Shown: positions 16,958 to 27,341, numbered from the stretch's first letter. The stretch is DNA of 64,000 bases from an uncultured Cryomorphaceae bacterium (GCA_902614915.1 CACMMX010000008.1:9155-73154); one strand, 5' to 3'. Numbers and translations: made by a program. The notes: generated by a model not told the origin, from the sequence alone.

Positions 16958-19900
16958 TTATTCTTTAAGACCAAACCTTCTTTTTAGAAGCATGACCTTA
17001 CCCTTACCCGCTAGATTATATGTAAATGCAGGCTCATCTCCTTTGGCTCCAACACTTCTATCTTTAAGTTTCACATCTAATATAGATGCATTAAATTCTT
17101 CGTAGCTACTTCTCAAGCTCATCACTGTTCCCTTAAATCCAATGTAGAAGAAATCTGTTCCGTTATCCAAGTAAAGCGTAATTTCACTGCCTCTTCTGCG
17201 TTCCTTAATCTCAATCAAACAATCTACCTCTGCAAAGATGGGTATGTTATAAATATTCTGGATGTATACTTTACCATCTCCTCTAAAGCTTCGATATCGT
17301 CCACTGTACTCCAATTCAACACCGCTAATAACTAAGCTTTTTCTGAGCTTTTTGGGAAATTTACCTTCACTTTCAATAGTAGTTAAATTCTCCAGAAATT
17401 TACTACTTGAATTCTTACCTAAAATACTGTAAATCCCGCGTCTGTAAGCATCATCTTCACTACGTATTGATCCTGAGCCGTCCTTGAATAATCCGGCTAC
17501 AGTTTCCCAACTATCCTTATCAACGGGGGCATCAAGGGTCCATATGGCGTCAATAGCGATATCATCCTCATTGAGGTCGTGTCGGACTTCTCCAGCCATT
17601 TTCATTTCGACCGCTCCAGTATTAGTCATTAAATTGATTAGACCGCTGGCATATAATTCACATTCATAATGATAGAATACTAAATAAGGGTCGGGATTAG
17701 TATAATCCTTCAGCCTTTCGAATGTGGTAATAACATAACCCTGCTCAGTATGATCATAAAATAAAACACCATTAGCAGCCAATAGCTCAACATCTGCTCT
17801 GTCAGCATATTTAGATAAGAAATTGCTATGACCACCTAAACTATCTTGGGAAATATAAATACCATTGAATGTATTATCACGAAGTTGATTTGGATCGTTT
17901 TCTGGAAGTACTATTACAATATCTGATGGATCGATATAACTAGCTATATCAAACCAATTGGTTTTTAAATTTTTACAATCATTTTGAATGAGTATTGATC
18001 CTTCAAAGAATAATGATTTGTTATTTGCCTTTAATAGGATTTTACCACGATATCCAAAATATGGACTTATATAAAAGTCTTGTTCTTCCTGGATTTCTGC
18101 CAATCCAACAGTCATATCAACAGAATCTGATTTAATACTTTGGAATTCAATAGGCCAAGTGGAACCTTCTTCATCTATATAATCGTACCAACCATTTGCC
18201 GTATAGCTGAATTTACCACGAATGCGGGTCGTAGCGTTGTAAAAAGAATGAAACTTAGAAAATCTATTCGCGAGAATCTGTGACATGTTTAGCGGGTCCA
18301 TCTCTGCATTGGTTCTAATCACAACATAACCGCTGTCTGGAATTATTCGAGCATCTGCTACATCAATTTCTGAAACTCCATAGGCTTCTAAAATAATAGG
18401 TGTCAAATCAAATCGTAAAAAGGCTGCTTCAAAATCTAGACTATCTTGTAATGGGTGCGTACTCACTAAATATGCTGCGTCGTCTTGGTTACGCTTCACG
18501 TTTACTTTAGCTAGATTCATATCCCATTCGGCGTGATCCATATAAGCAATGTATTGATTGGTTGGAAACTCAATAAAACTGTATTTATCGATTTTATCAA
18601 AAACCCCTTGTCTTTTATCAAAGTCTATATGCGCTGAACTATTAAGCATCTTAAAAGCCCACTGCTTGTCATTCGGAACTGTTTTAACTCTAAAGTCTTG
18701 ATGTTTACTCTCAAAAGATCTTCTAAAGAATGAATAGCCTTCGTTTTTGCTATTATGCTTAGCAGTAAAATAGCAAATTTCACCCGTTCCAAAAAGCCCT
18801 CTTGGACCATATATAAGATTAACCTCTGCGAATACATTCTCTGCGCCGTACATCTCAAACGGAACTTCTCTCGAACTCGTTTCTAAATAATCTTCATACG
18901 GAAACCAATGAAATGGATTATCACGTCCAATTACCTCCGGATGGCCTTTATTATTAAAACCTTCCTCAATATTAAAAGCAACGCACTTTCCTTGGGCATC
19001 ATCAGGAAACATTAAAATGTTGGGACTAAATATCACACTTTGTAAGTAAGATATATGACCTTCCGCGTGAAGTCCTTTACTAGATAGTTCAATCTGGCCA
19101 GCAAAAGTTCCTTTGCCCTCGTAATTAGATATGGAAGGAAGATCGGTTGAAAAACCCAATGAATAGTCAGGCATAACCATAAGTGGCTGCTGAAATTGCG
19201 GAAAAATACCTGCGCTTTGAAAGTATGCGTCAAAGAGTAAACCGTCTGTAGTTGTATTATCCAAACTATCCAAGGTGAACGGCTCTACAGCCATGTAGAA
19301 TTTAGATCTATCATAAATACCGTTATGAATCTTTTTATCATCGTAATACACGAAAGAACTATTCAAGGTTTGAAAAATCGGATATTCCGGATAAAACTTC
19401 TTTGAACTCTTGTTATTAGGATGATCAATCATTAGTTGTCCTTGTAAATCCTGGAGGACCGTTTGCACGTTTACAAGAGATGCTCGTTCCCCTAGTGGTG
19501 GATTGAATTCTCTGACCTTAAAGCGCATAGAATCAATCTGGGGCATATCAATCCTGAAACCTTGATAATCAAAATTATATCCTTGACCCCAATAACTGAA
19601 TAAACCTGCGTTGATACGTCCATCAAAAATAAAGTCTAGATCTTTTTTCATTGTAATTCTTTTATCTCGAGGATAGAGCATTACTTGCTGTGAATCGCTG
19701 ACCGCTATTCGTTCAACGCCCTCAATATCCATTTCGTAATTAAGCAAGGAAATCTGTGCGTTACTTCCTTTACCTATCCTTGAAATAAATTTGATGACGT
19801 CGTAATCACGCTCGCCTGTCCAATTTTGGAGGTACTCAAATAATCGATTGGTAAGTGATATAGTTTGTTTGTCGAGATCAAATTCTGCAAATCCTTGTAT

Positions 19901-21346
19901 GGACATTTCAAATAGAAAGCGCTCTCCCTCCTCTTTTGCCATTCGCAGCGCATAGATGAGTTCACCTACTGGCATGTCATTATAGCCGAACGCATAAGAT
20001 GAGTTCTTTAATTCTTCCAATGGATGCGTTTTTTGCAATCCTGCAATCTGTTCCATTCTTACATTGCGGAAATATTGTTTACTTTCAAAAACAGCCGCTT
20101 TTTCAGAGCCTAGGTTAAGATTACCAAGATTAAATTCTGCCGTACTTTGATTCCAAAGAAGCTGATCTACGTCAATATTCATGTTATGATAGGTATCTGT
20201 CCAAGAACTCAGCCCAAGTCCCGTTTTGTAACGAATAATACGTACTTGACCTGAACGGGGGTCAAAACGCAATTCACAATAAGGGTGATAAATACTATCT
20301 TGTCCCAAATGAGCCGTCACCTCTACCCTTCCTGAACTCAAAAGAGAATCACGGAAATGAAAACTACCACTCCTTAAAGTGATGACGGTATCGTTGTCGT
20401 AAGTGAATTGGACCTTGGCCATTACGCTATCTGATGAGAGTCCGTAATAATTGGAACCAACTACTCCTAGTCCCCCTCTAAAATGAACTTCTTGATATAC
20501 ATTTGGCAACAGGAAATCATTCTTGTAGCTAGCAAATTTGGGGTATTGCGAATTTCTTTGGTCTCTAGTACTCAGTCGCTCTTCAAATACACCTTTTAAG
20601 GGCTCGCCATATAGCTCTGGAGCGTAGAGGATAGCTGAATCCGCCTTAAAATAGCCCTGGCGGATATCCAAATTCCAATTGGACAATTCGCCATAAATTT
20701 CGTCTTCGCTTTTGCCCACTCTACCCCAAAAAACAATGCCGCCCTTAGCATCAAGAAGGCCCTTGCGCGGATAGAAAATTGCAGTAGACCCCATTATGAT
20801 GGTACTGTCCTCTCGGAATCGACCAATGATATCTCCTTCCCCAATAACGAAGTAGAGTTCATTGTCCTCAAATTGCATGGACCATTCACTATAAGGAGCT
20901 TTCCAAATAAGAGTATTTTTGGCATAAAACGATTTCTTGATGATGTTGACATATAGCTGGGCTACATAGTCCTTACTTCTTGCGGATGAATTAGATTTAA
21001 TGTACGTATTGAGATGTACGAGCACATTTTTTAGCGTACCGTATTCTTCATAAGTACTCACATGTTCGGTAATTCGGAAAAGTTCTTCCCACAGATTTGG
21101 CTCAGTTATCCTCTTACGCAACATATTGTTGCAAAGAGTAATCCATTGCCCATAGATTTCTTCATCAAGAGCGTATTGAATGCTTGGAAGTAAGCTATCT
21201 GAGAAAAGAATTTTATCTTCTCTCGTTAGCTTGATGAGTTCCAAGAATTCCTCTGTAAATGTTTCAACAGAGGAAAAGCGAACAACTCTTTGCCCGCTCA
21301 TTTGAAACGATAACAAGAGTGCTATAAGCCATCCGTACCTTTTCAT
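16958..21346 (-). CDS. Very large (1462 aa) exported protein of unrecognised function
   Basis: Uninterrupted 4.4-kb ORF with signal peptide MKRYGWLIALLLSFQMSGQ. Its start overlaps the prmA stop by 4 nt. No catalytic or T9SS motif recognised. Confidence 0.6.
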   Translation of the reverse strand: MKRYGWLIALLLSFQMSGQRVVRFSSVETFTEEFLELIKLTREDKILFSDSLLPSIQYALDEEIYGQWITLCNNMLRKRITEPNLWEELFRITEHVSTYEEYGTLKNVLVHLNTYIKSNSSARSKDYVAQLYVNIIKKSFYAKNTLIWKAPYSEWSMQFEDNELYFVIGEGDIIGRFREDSTIIMGSTAIFYPRKGLLDAKGGIVFWGRVGKSEDEIYGELSNWNLDIRQGYFKADSAILYAPELYGEPLKGVFEERLSTRDQRNSQYPKFASYKNDFLLPNVYQEVHFRGGLGVVGSNYYGLSSDSVMAKVQFTYDNDTVITLRSGSFHFRDSLLSSGRVEVTAHLGQDSIYHPYCELRFDPRSGQVRIIRYKTGLGLSSWTDTYHNMNIDVDQLLWNQSTAEFNLGNLNLGSEKAAVFESKQYFRNVRMEQIAGLQKTHPLEELKNSSYAFGYNDMPVGELIYALRMAKEEGERFLFEMSIQGFAEFDLDKQTISLTNRLFEYLQNWTGERDYDVIKFISRIGKGSNAQISLLNYEMDIEGVERIAVSDSQQVMLYPRDKRITMKKDLDFIFDGRINAGLFSYWGQGYNFDYQGFRIDMPQIDSMRFKVREFNPPLGERASLVNVQTVLQDLQGQLMIDHPNNKSSKKFYPEYPIFQTLNSSFVYYDDKKIHNGIYDRSKFYMAVEPFTLDSLDNTTTDGLLFDAYFQSAGIFPQFQQPLMVMPDYSLGFSTDLPSISNYEGKGTFAGQIELSSKGLHAEGHISYLQSVIFSPNILMFPDDAQGKCVAFNIEEGFNNKGHPEVIGRDNPFHWFPYEDYLETSSREVPFEMYGAENVFAEVNLIYGPRGLFGTGEICYFTAKHNSKNEGYSFFRRSFESKHQDFRVKTVPNDKQWAFKMLNSSAHIDFDKRQGVFDKIDKYSFIEFPTNQYIAYMDHAEWDMNLAKVNVKRNQDDAAYLVSTHPLQDSLDFEAAFLRFDLTPIILEAYGVSEIDVADARIIPDSGYVVIRTNAEMDPLNMSQILANRFSKFHSFYNATTRIRGKFSYTANGWYDYIDEEGSTWPIEFQSIKSDSVDMTVGLAEIQEEQDFYISPYFGYRGKILLKANNKSLFFEGSILIQNDCKNLKTNWFDIASYIDPSDIVIVLPENDPNQLRDNTFNGIYISQDSLGGHSNFLSKYADRADVELLAANGVLFYDHTEQGYVITTFERLKDYTNPDPYLVFYHYECELYASGLINLMTNTGAVEMKMAGEVRHDLNEDDIAIDAIWTLDAPVDKDSWETVAGLFKDGSGSIRSEDDAYRRGIYSILGKNSSSKFLENLTTIESEGKFPKKLRKSLVISGVELEYSGRYRSFRGDGKVYIQNIYNIPIFAEVDCLIEIKERRRGSEITLYLDNGTDFFYIGFKGTVMSLRSSYEEFNASILDVKLKDRSVGAKGDEPAFTYNLAGKGKVMLLKRRFGLKE

Positions 21347-22176
21347 TCCTTCACCATTTTGATGCTACGCCATTTCCCACGTTCTTTGGTGCTGACATAA
21401 CTTAATCCATTATCTTCAGCCGTACGACGTAGTGCAGAAATATTTTCCTGATAAAATCCACTAAAGAATATATTACCACCTTTTTTTAGTGAGCCCGTGT
21501 ATGATTTCATATCTGACAATAAAACATTTAGGTTGATATTCGCACAAATAGTATTATATGTGTCCTTTATAGACCCTGCATCCCCAAGACTTGCAGTCAT
21601 TTTTGATTGATTCCGTTCGGCATTCTCCAGGGTATTTTCAATACACCACGAATCCAAATCAATACCATGAACACGATGTGCGCCTCGCATTTCGGCAAGA
21701 ATACCCAAAACCCCTGTGCCACAACCCATATCTAAAACACTATGCCCCGTAGTATCAGTCTCTAATAGCCATTGAATCATCATGTGAGTCGTTTGATGGT
21801 GTCCCGTTCCAAAAGACATTTTTGGCTCTATTAAAATGGGATATTCAAAACCGGATTTCTTTTGATGAAAAGGGGCATAAATATATACCCGGCCGTCTAC
21901 CTCAATCGGATCAAAATTATTCTCCCATTCTGCATTCCAATTCACCTGCTCAATTTCAGCTACTGAGAAACTTACTGTAACACCATCCCATTGCAAGGCT
22001 CCTTGAAGTGACTCGCTATCATAATTATGCTTTAAAATATACGCCTGAAATCCTTTTTGATTTTCTATAAAACTCTCAAAACCTACAGCCCCAAGCTGGG
22101 CAATCAAAAGATCTCTAAAAGGCTCAAGTGGTTGAACTTTTACGGTGACTTCAATGTAAACAGGCTTGTTAGACAT
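21343..22176 (-). CDS. prmA: Ribosomal protein L11 methyltransferase
   Basis: 277 aa with SAM motif VLDMGCGTGVLG, FGTGHHQTT and the PrmA N-terminal fold pattern. Confidence 0.85.
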   Translation of the reverse strand: MSNKPVYIEVTVKVQPLEPFRDLLIAQLGAVGFESFIENQKGFQAYILKHNYDSESLQGALQWDGVTVSFSVAEIEQVNWNAEWENNFDPIEVDGRVYIYAPFHQKKSGFEYPILIEPKMSFGTGHHQTTHMMIQWLLETDTTGHSVLDMGCGTGVLGILAEMRGAHRVHGIDLDSWCIENTLENAERNQSKMTASLGDAGSIKDTYNTICANINLNVLLSDMKSYTGSLKKGGNIFFSGFYQENISALRRTAEDNGLSYVSTKERGKWRSIKMVKE

Positions 22177-22179
22177 ACG

Positions 22180-22950
22180 TTAGGCTTTTGTTCTAGCCTT
22201 AATGATACCCGTAAAATCTTCAGCATTCAAAGAAGCTCCACCAATCAATCCGCCATCAATATCAGGCTGATCAAATAATTCCGCGGCGTTTCCCGGTTTA
22301 CATGAACCGCCGTACAATACCGTCACATTTTCTGCAGTCTCTGCATCAAATCTGTCCGCCAACCAGACACGAATTCGAGAATGAACCTCCTGTGCCTGCG
22401 CTGGAGTGGCAACCTCGCCAGTTCCTATCGCCCAAACGGGTTCATACGCCAAAATTATATTGTCCATATCATCTGCTATAAATCCTTCTAGACCCTCTGC
22501 ACATTGACCAAGAATCACTTCCATGTAATTGCCGGATTTACGCTCTTCCAAGGTCTCACCAATACAATAGATTGCCGCAAGCTCATTATTCAAAGCTTGA
22601 CCAATTTTGACTTTACACGCTTCGTTAGTTTCACCAAAATATTGGCGGCGTTCGCTGTGTCCTATAATGACTGCGTCTACATCTAGACTCGATAGCATAG
22701 GAGCGCTTATTTCTCCTGTGAAAGCACCGCTATTTTTTTCATGGACATTCTGTGCGGCTACAGCAATAAATTCATTATCTAGCAACGCACCTACAACATC
22801 ACTTAAGTATATTGAGGGAGGTGTAATGATAACGCCCGTATCCCCTACAACCTCTTGTGTCAATGTATTCTTTAACCCCTCAACCAAGCCCATTGCCTCT
22901 GTGTAGGTTGTATTCATTTTCCAATTTCCTGCAACGATTCTACGTCTCAT
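22180..22950 (-). CDS. tpiA: Triosephosphate isomerase
   Basis: 256 aa with AGNWKMN, IGHSERR, AYEPVWAIGTG and YGGS motifs. Confidence 0.95.
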   Translation of the reverse strand: MRRRIVAGNWKMNTTYTEAMGLVEGLKNTLTQEVVGDTGVIITPPSIYLSDVVGALLDNEFIAVAAQNVHEKNSGAFTGEISAPMLSSLDVDAVIIGHSERRQYFGETNEACKVKIGQALNNELAAIYCIGETLEERKSGNYMEVILGQCAEGLEGFIADDMDNIILAYEPVWAIGTGEVATPAQAQEVHSRIRVWLADRFDAETAENVTVLYGGSCKPGNAAELFDQPDIDGGLIGGASLNAEDFTGIIKARTKA

Positions 22951-22975
22951 TGTTATTTGCGTTTAAATGTGTGTT

Positions 22976-23980
22976 TTAAAATAATTCTGCCCTTACTCTT
23001 GGATCCAAAATAGCATAGGCAATATCTACTATAGTAGTTATGACCACAAAAACCGCTGCGATGACCAAAACGCATCCCATAGTCACCGGCATATCTCGTG
23101 TATTTAACGCTTCTACCAATAGTTTTCCCATACCGTTCCAACCAAAAATAATCTCTACAAATACGGCACCTGCCAATAAGGAGGCAAACCATCCACTTAT
23201 CGCAGTTATGATGGGATTACTCGCAACCGGCAAAATATGACGCAGTAAAACTCTTCTCTCCGGAACACCCTTGGCTCTTGCCGTACGTACAAAGTTCATT
23301 TCATTAACCTCTAAAACGCTTTTTCTAGTTAACTGAGCTATTACACCAACCGGACGGATACCGAGAGTTATAGCCGGAAGTATTAGGTTTTTTAACTGTA
23401 AGTAGCGTTCACCGCTGAAGTCGTCAACGGCATACAAAGAACCCGTTATATTAAGCCCGGTCCAAGGGGCCAATAAATAGGCGAATATCCAAGCCATAAG
23501 AACGGCGGTAAAAAACGAAGGTAGGCTCATTCCTAGCGAACTTAAAGTAGTAAGTATTCCGTCTAAAAAGCTACCTTTATGATAAGCGGCAATAACGCCT
23601 AAAAATACGCCGGCGAGCACCGCAAAACCTATAGAAGTAGCTGCCAATAATGCGGTATTAGGAAATGTAGATCCAATGAGTGAGCTAACGCTTTGACCTT
23701 GTCGCTGAAAACTCTCTCCCAAATCCGGCGTGGTTATTCGGAAACCATTCTTAAGATCCAATGGAAGAATTCTTCCGAGGTAATTGAAGTATTGAACCAC
23801 TGCGGGTTTATCCAACCCATATTTTTCGCGGACAGCAGCAAGAGCCTCTGGGTCCTCTCTTTTCCCAAGCATCATTTGAGCGCTGTCACCAGGAATGATG
23901 GTAAAAAGGAAGAAGACAAGCGTAGCCACGCCCCATAACGTAAACAAAGCCAATAATATTTTCTTTCCTGTAAAAGCCAT
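22976..23980 (-). CDS. ABC transporter permease, DppB/OppB-like
   Basis: 334 aa and 6 TM. Has an EAA-loop-like segment FVRTARAKGVPERRVLLRHILP. No cognate permease partner, ATPase or binding protein lies nearby. Confidence 0.7.
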   Translation of the reverse strand: MAFTGKKILLALFTLWGVATLVFFLFTIIPGDSAQMMLGKREDPEALAAVREKYGLDKPAVVQYFNYLGRILPLDLKNGFRITTPDLGESFQRQGQSVSSLIGSTFPNTALLAATSIGFAVLAGVFLGVIAAYHKGSFLDGILTTLSSLGMSLPSFFTAVLMAWIFAYLLAPWTGLNITGSLYAVDDFSGERYLQLKNLILPAITLGIRPVGVIAQLTRKSVLEVNEMNFVRTARAKGVPERRVLLRHILPVASNPIITAISGWFASLLAGAVFVEIIFGWNGMGKLLVEALNTRDMPVTMGCVLVIAAVFVVITTIVDIAYAILDPRVRAELF

Positions 23981-25116
23981 TATTTTGGACTGTCGTTGTG
24001 ATGATATTTTTTAATGACTGTTCCATTATTCAAAACAACCCAACCCGGGTTAGAGCGAATCATAGTCTTCAGCGTTGTTTCATCTGTGAAGGCAAAAGGC
24101 ATTGTTACTCTGTATCCACAGTCTATGAAGTCTTCGGGCATTGAGGCACTTAGGATGAGATAAGGTGTATTATTCTGTTCTAATATTTTAAGTTTTGGCA
24201 AGACCTTCTGCCAACCATTTTTAGATGTTTTCGGGCGGTTGTATGCAACCAAAAGCCATACCTCATCCAAAGACAAAACGCTATCTGTTATATCTCCATA
24301 ATCGTTCATAATACTAAAATCATGAACAGGAGGTTCATATCCATCTGAGACCTTAATAGTCCTACTCAATTCGGAAAGCATGGTCCATTCAGTTTTGTCC
24401 CACCACTTTTCATTTATGTATTGCGAAGAGCTAATTTCCTGACGTTCTCCTCTATCGTTTTCCATGGTATAAATTACCTCAAACTTGGGAGGTTCTAATC
24501 CCAAATCTTCAGCCAGCGTCATACCTTCTATAATACTTAACCCTTCAGCATAAGGTCTAAAGTCTTTAGATGGTAAATGATTCATCACTTGATAAGTAAA
24601 CCAAATACTAAACATTAATCCAAGGCTCATTACCACCGTAGAGATGAACCTAGGTACTTTATCAAAGATTTGATTTTCACCGCTCCATAGGATAAGAATA
24701 AGCACGCATAAAACGACGTCTTTGTAAAAACTTTCCCACGGGGTTAGTGGTATAGCGTCTCCAAAACAACCGCAATCGGTCACCTGATTGAAATACGCAC
24801 TCCAGAATGTGAGGAAGGTAAAAAAACCAATCATTGCGCTTAAAAGAATCAGCACAAATCGCTTCCAAACACCCATCAGCAAGGACAATCCTAATAATAC
24901 CTCTACAGCAACTAAGAGTATTGCTAAAGGCAACGCCAAGGGTTCAAATATGGGAAGGTTGAGCACTTCCTCACTAAAGTATTCTTCCAATTTGAAACTA
25001 AAACCTACTGGGTCATTCATTTTGACCAAACCAGAGAAAATGAAAAGTCCCCCAACAAACAGTTGAGTGATTCTAACGAGCACAAGTTTGATTGAAAAGG
25101 AGTTATTTATAGACAT
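23980..25116 (-). CDS. DoxX-domain membrane protein (BT_3928-like family)
   Basis: 378 aa. The N-terminal half has 4-5 TM segments with a DCGCFGD motif. The C-terminal soluble half has a thioredoxin-fold-like layout. Synteny with DUF1599 and folP is typical of Bacteroidota. Confidence 0.55.
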   Translation of the reverse strand: MSINNSFSIKLVLVRITQLFVGGLFIFSGLVKMNDPVGFSFKLEEYFSEEVLNLPIFEPLALPLAILLVAVEVLLGLSLLMGVWKRFVLILLSAMIGFFTFLTFWSAYFNQVTDCGCFGDAIPLTPWESFYKDVVLCVLILILWSGENQIFDKVPRFISTVVMSLGLMFSIWFTYQVMNHLPSKDFRPYAEGLSIIEGMTLAEDLGLEPPKFEVIYTMENDRGERQEISSSQYINEKWWDKTEWTMLSELSRTIKVSDGYEPPVHDFSIMNDYGDITDSVLSLDEVWLLVAYNRPKTSKNGWQKVLPKLKILEQNNTPYLILSASMPEDFIDCGYRVTMPFAFTDETTLKTMIRSNPGWVVLNNGTVIKKYHHNDSPK

Positions 25117-25117
25117 G

Positions 25118-25660
25118 TTATGCTAATTTTTCCATGAACTTAATTAACGCAAAAACACTATAATTGATTATGTCCAAATAATTTGCATCTAGGCCTTCAC
25201 TGACTTCGGTTTTACCTTGATTATCTTCAATCTGTTTAATGCGTAAAAGTTTTTGTATTATTAAATCCGTGAAGCTTGATACTCTCATATCCCGCCAAGC
25301 TTCGCCATAATCATGATTTTTCTTTAACATCAATTCTTTGGCCTCGTTGGCTTTTTCTAAATAGGCAGAGGAAGCCTGATTCGAATCAATGTCAGGCTGT
25401 TCTGCAATACCTCTTTCCAATTGAATGAGCGCCATGATACTGTAATTTAAAATGCCTATAAATTCTCCTTCAAGAGGATCGCTAATCAACTGTTCGCCTT
25501 TCTTCTCAATACTTCTTAGCCTCTGTGCTTTGATAAATATTTGATCTGTCAAGGAGGGTAAACGTAAAATTCGCCAGGCAGTCCCGTAATCTTTACCCTT
25601 CTTTTTAAAAAGTCCGTGACATTTAGAAAGGACAATATCGAATTGTTTAGCTGTATTCAT
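25118..25660 (-). CDS. DUF1599 domain protein (two tandem repeats)
   Basis: 180 aa. An internal duplication is visible: KKGKDYGTAWRILRLPSLTDQIFIKAQRLRSIE versus KKNHDYGEAWRDMRVSSFTDLIIQKLLRIKQIE. Confidence 0.6.
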   Translation of the reverse strand: MNTAKQFDIVLSKCHGLFKKKGKDYGTAWRILRLPSLTDQIFIKAQRLRSIEKKGEQLISDPLEGEFIGILNYSIMALIQLERGIAEQPDIDSNQASSAYLEKANEAKELMLKKNHDYGEAWRDMRVSSFTDLIIQKLLRIKQIEDNQGKTEVSEGLDANYLDIINYSVFALIKFMEKLA

Positions 25661-25698
25661 TTATTAGCTTTGCTATTACAACGAAGATACAAAGAACA

Positions 25699-26577
25699 AT
25701 GCAGGACTTTTTGCTAAAGGTAGAAGGCACAATTCACACCTTATCCACACCGTGGGTGATGGGAATCCTGAATATAACGCCCGATTCATTCTACAAAGAA
25801 AGCCGTATTTCTACTCCCTCAGAGGCTGCAGAACGTGCAGAAGAAATGCTCAAACTAGGTGCAAAAATCATCGATATTGGTGGGTATTCCTCTCGTCCCG
25901 GTTCAGCCCAAGTTAGCGAAGAAGAGGAATGGAATCGACTCCATAAGATAATTCCTGCTGTACGATCAATCACGGAGAAAATTCCAGGTACATTTATATC
26001 TGTAGATACTTTTAGAGCCAATGTAGTAGAAAAAGCTATTGACGCCGGTGCTCATATGGTGAATGATATAAGTGGCGGAAACTTGGACAATAGGATGCAC
26101 AAAGTAGTTGCTGAACTAAATTGTCCTTATATCCTCATGCACATGCAAGGCGACCCAGGTAATATGCAGCACGATCCTAGTTATGGTCATGTAACACAAG
26201 ACATTGTAAAATTCTTTAGCAATCGATTGCCAAAGCTTCACGACATGGGCATTCATGATACCATTATTGATGTGGGTTTTGGCTTTGGTAAAACTTTAGA
26301 ACACAATTACCAACTCTTACGTGAATTGCATGCATTTCAGCTTTTAGGCAGACCTATTCTCACTGGTATAAGCCGTAAAAGCATGGTTTACAATGTCTTA
26401 AAAAAAACACCTGGAGACAGTCTAAACGGTTCAACAGCGCTTCACATGGCCGCACTTTTACAAGGAAGTAATATCCTAAGGGTACACGATGTTAAAGAAG
26501 CACAAGAAACCATTACCTTATTTTCTAAATTATTGCCCAATGGCATTAATCATCTATTACAACCATGGGAGTGTTAA
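25699..26577 (+). CDS. folP: Dihydropteroate synthase
   Basis: 292 aa with GILNITPDSF, DIGGYSSRPG, VNDISGG and GISRKS motifs. Confidence 0.9.
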   Translation: MQDFLLKVEGTIHTLSTPWVMGILNITPDSFYKESRISTPSEAAERAEEMLKLGAKIIDIGGYSSRPGSAQVSEEEEWNRLHKIIPAVRSITEKIPGTFISVDTFRANVVEKAIDAGAHMVNDISGGNLDNRMHKVVAELNCPYILMHMQGDPGNMQHDPSYGHVTQDIVKFFSNRLPKLHDMGIHDTIIDVGFGFGKTLEHNYQLLRELHAFQLLGRPILTGISRKSMVYNVLKKTPGDSLNGSTALHMAALLQGSNILRVHDVKEAQETITLFSKLLPNGINHLLQPWEC

Positions 26578-27341
26578 ATTTTTCAGTGCTTGACGCACTA
26601 GATATCATCATTGCAGCTTTTCTTCTGTTCCAAATTTATAGGCTATTAAAAGGTACTGCTGCAATAAGAATACTACTTGGAATGGTAGCTATTTACTTAT
26701 TGTACCGATTGGTACAACTTTTAGAAATGAGGCTACTTTCTGAATTTCTAGGTTCATTTATGGGAGCTGGGTTGATCATATTGATCATCGTATTCCAACA
26801 AGAAATTAGAAAATTCCTATTAGTGGTAGGTTCAGCTACTTTTACACGCCGCCAAGGTCTTCGTAACTTACTTAAAATTGGTACTGAAGACGAAAATGCC
26901 AAAGCGGACGTAGATGCTATAGTAAGCGCAATGGTAGAGTTGGCACAGACCAAAACAGGCGCCCTACTCGTTCTAAAAAGAAAAGATCCCCTTGGTTCTT
27001 TTGCTGCCTCTGGGAGTAGCATAAATGCCAATTTAAGTAAAATTTTATTGGAAAGCATTTTCTTTAAAAATGCCCCCTTACACGATGGTGCAACCATTGT
27101 TGAAGGTCATACCATAATTGCCTCTGGTGCTGTACTTCCACTGTCCGAACGGAGCGAGCTACCCGTAAGGTTTGGTTTAAGACACAGAGCAGCAGCCGGT
27201 ATATCCGAAAGAACAGACGCCTTGGCAATAACAGTAAGTGAAGAAACAGGAAATATCCATGTTTTTCAAAACGGAGAATACGAATTGACTCTTGCGGAAG
27301 ATTTAAACGTACGCTTGGCACAATTACTCCAAGAAAATTAA
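26565..27341 (+). CDS. cdaA: Diadenylate cyclase CdaA (c-di-AMP synthase)
   Basis: 258 aa with three N-terminal TM segments. The DAC domain has GALLVL, PLHDGATIV and GLRHRAAAGISERTDALAITVSEETG. Overlaps folP by 13 nt. Confidence 0.85.
   Translation: MGVLNFSVLDALDIIIAAFLLFQIYRLLKGTAAIRILLGMVAIYLLYRLVQLLEMRLLSEFLGSFMGAGLIILIIVFQQEIRKFLLVVGSATFTRRQGLRNLLKIGTEDENAKADVDAIVSAMVELAQTKTGALLVLKRKDPLGSFAASGSSINANLSKILLESIFFKNAPLHDGATIVEGHTIIASGAVLPLSERSELPVRFGLRHRAAAGISERTDALAITVSEETGNIHVFQNGEYELTLAEDLNVRLAQLLQEN

Noticed and set aside
16958-21346. Calling the giant ORF TamB/AsmA-like or a gliding-motility or T9SS component.
   Set aside because: I cannot point to any diagnostic motif, such as a DUF490-like C-terminus or a T9SS CTD, in the sequence. 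The call is left as unknown, with the family search specified in the findings.
22953-23192. 79-aa minus-strand ORF between tpiA and the permease gene.
   Set aside because: It overlaps the 3' end of the permease ORF in another frame. Its Cys/Arg/Tyr-rich translation is typical of an out-of-frame artefact.
26693-27321. Minus-strand ORFs of 134 aa and 85 aa.
   Set aside because: They are fully nested antisense within cdaA, whose DAC-domain motifs validate the plus-strand frame.
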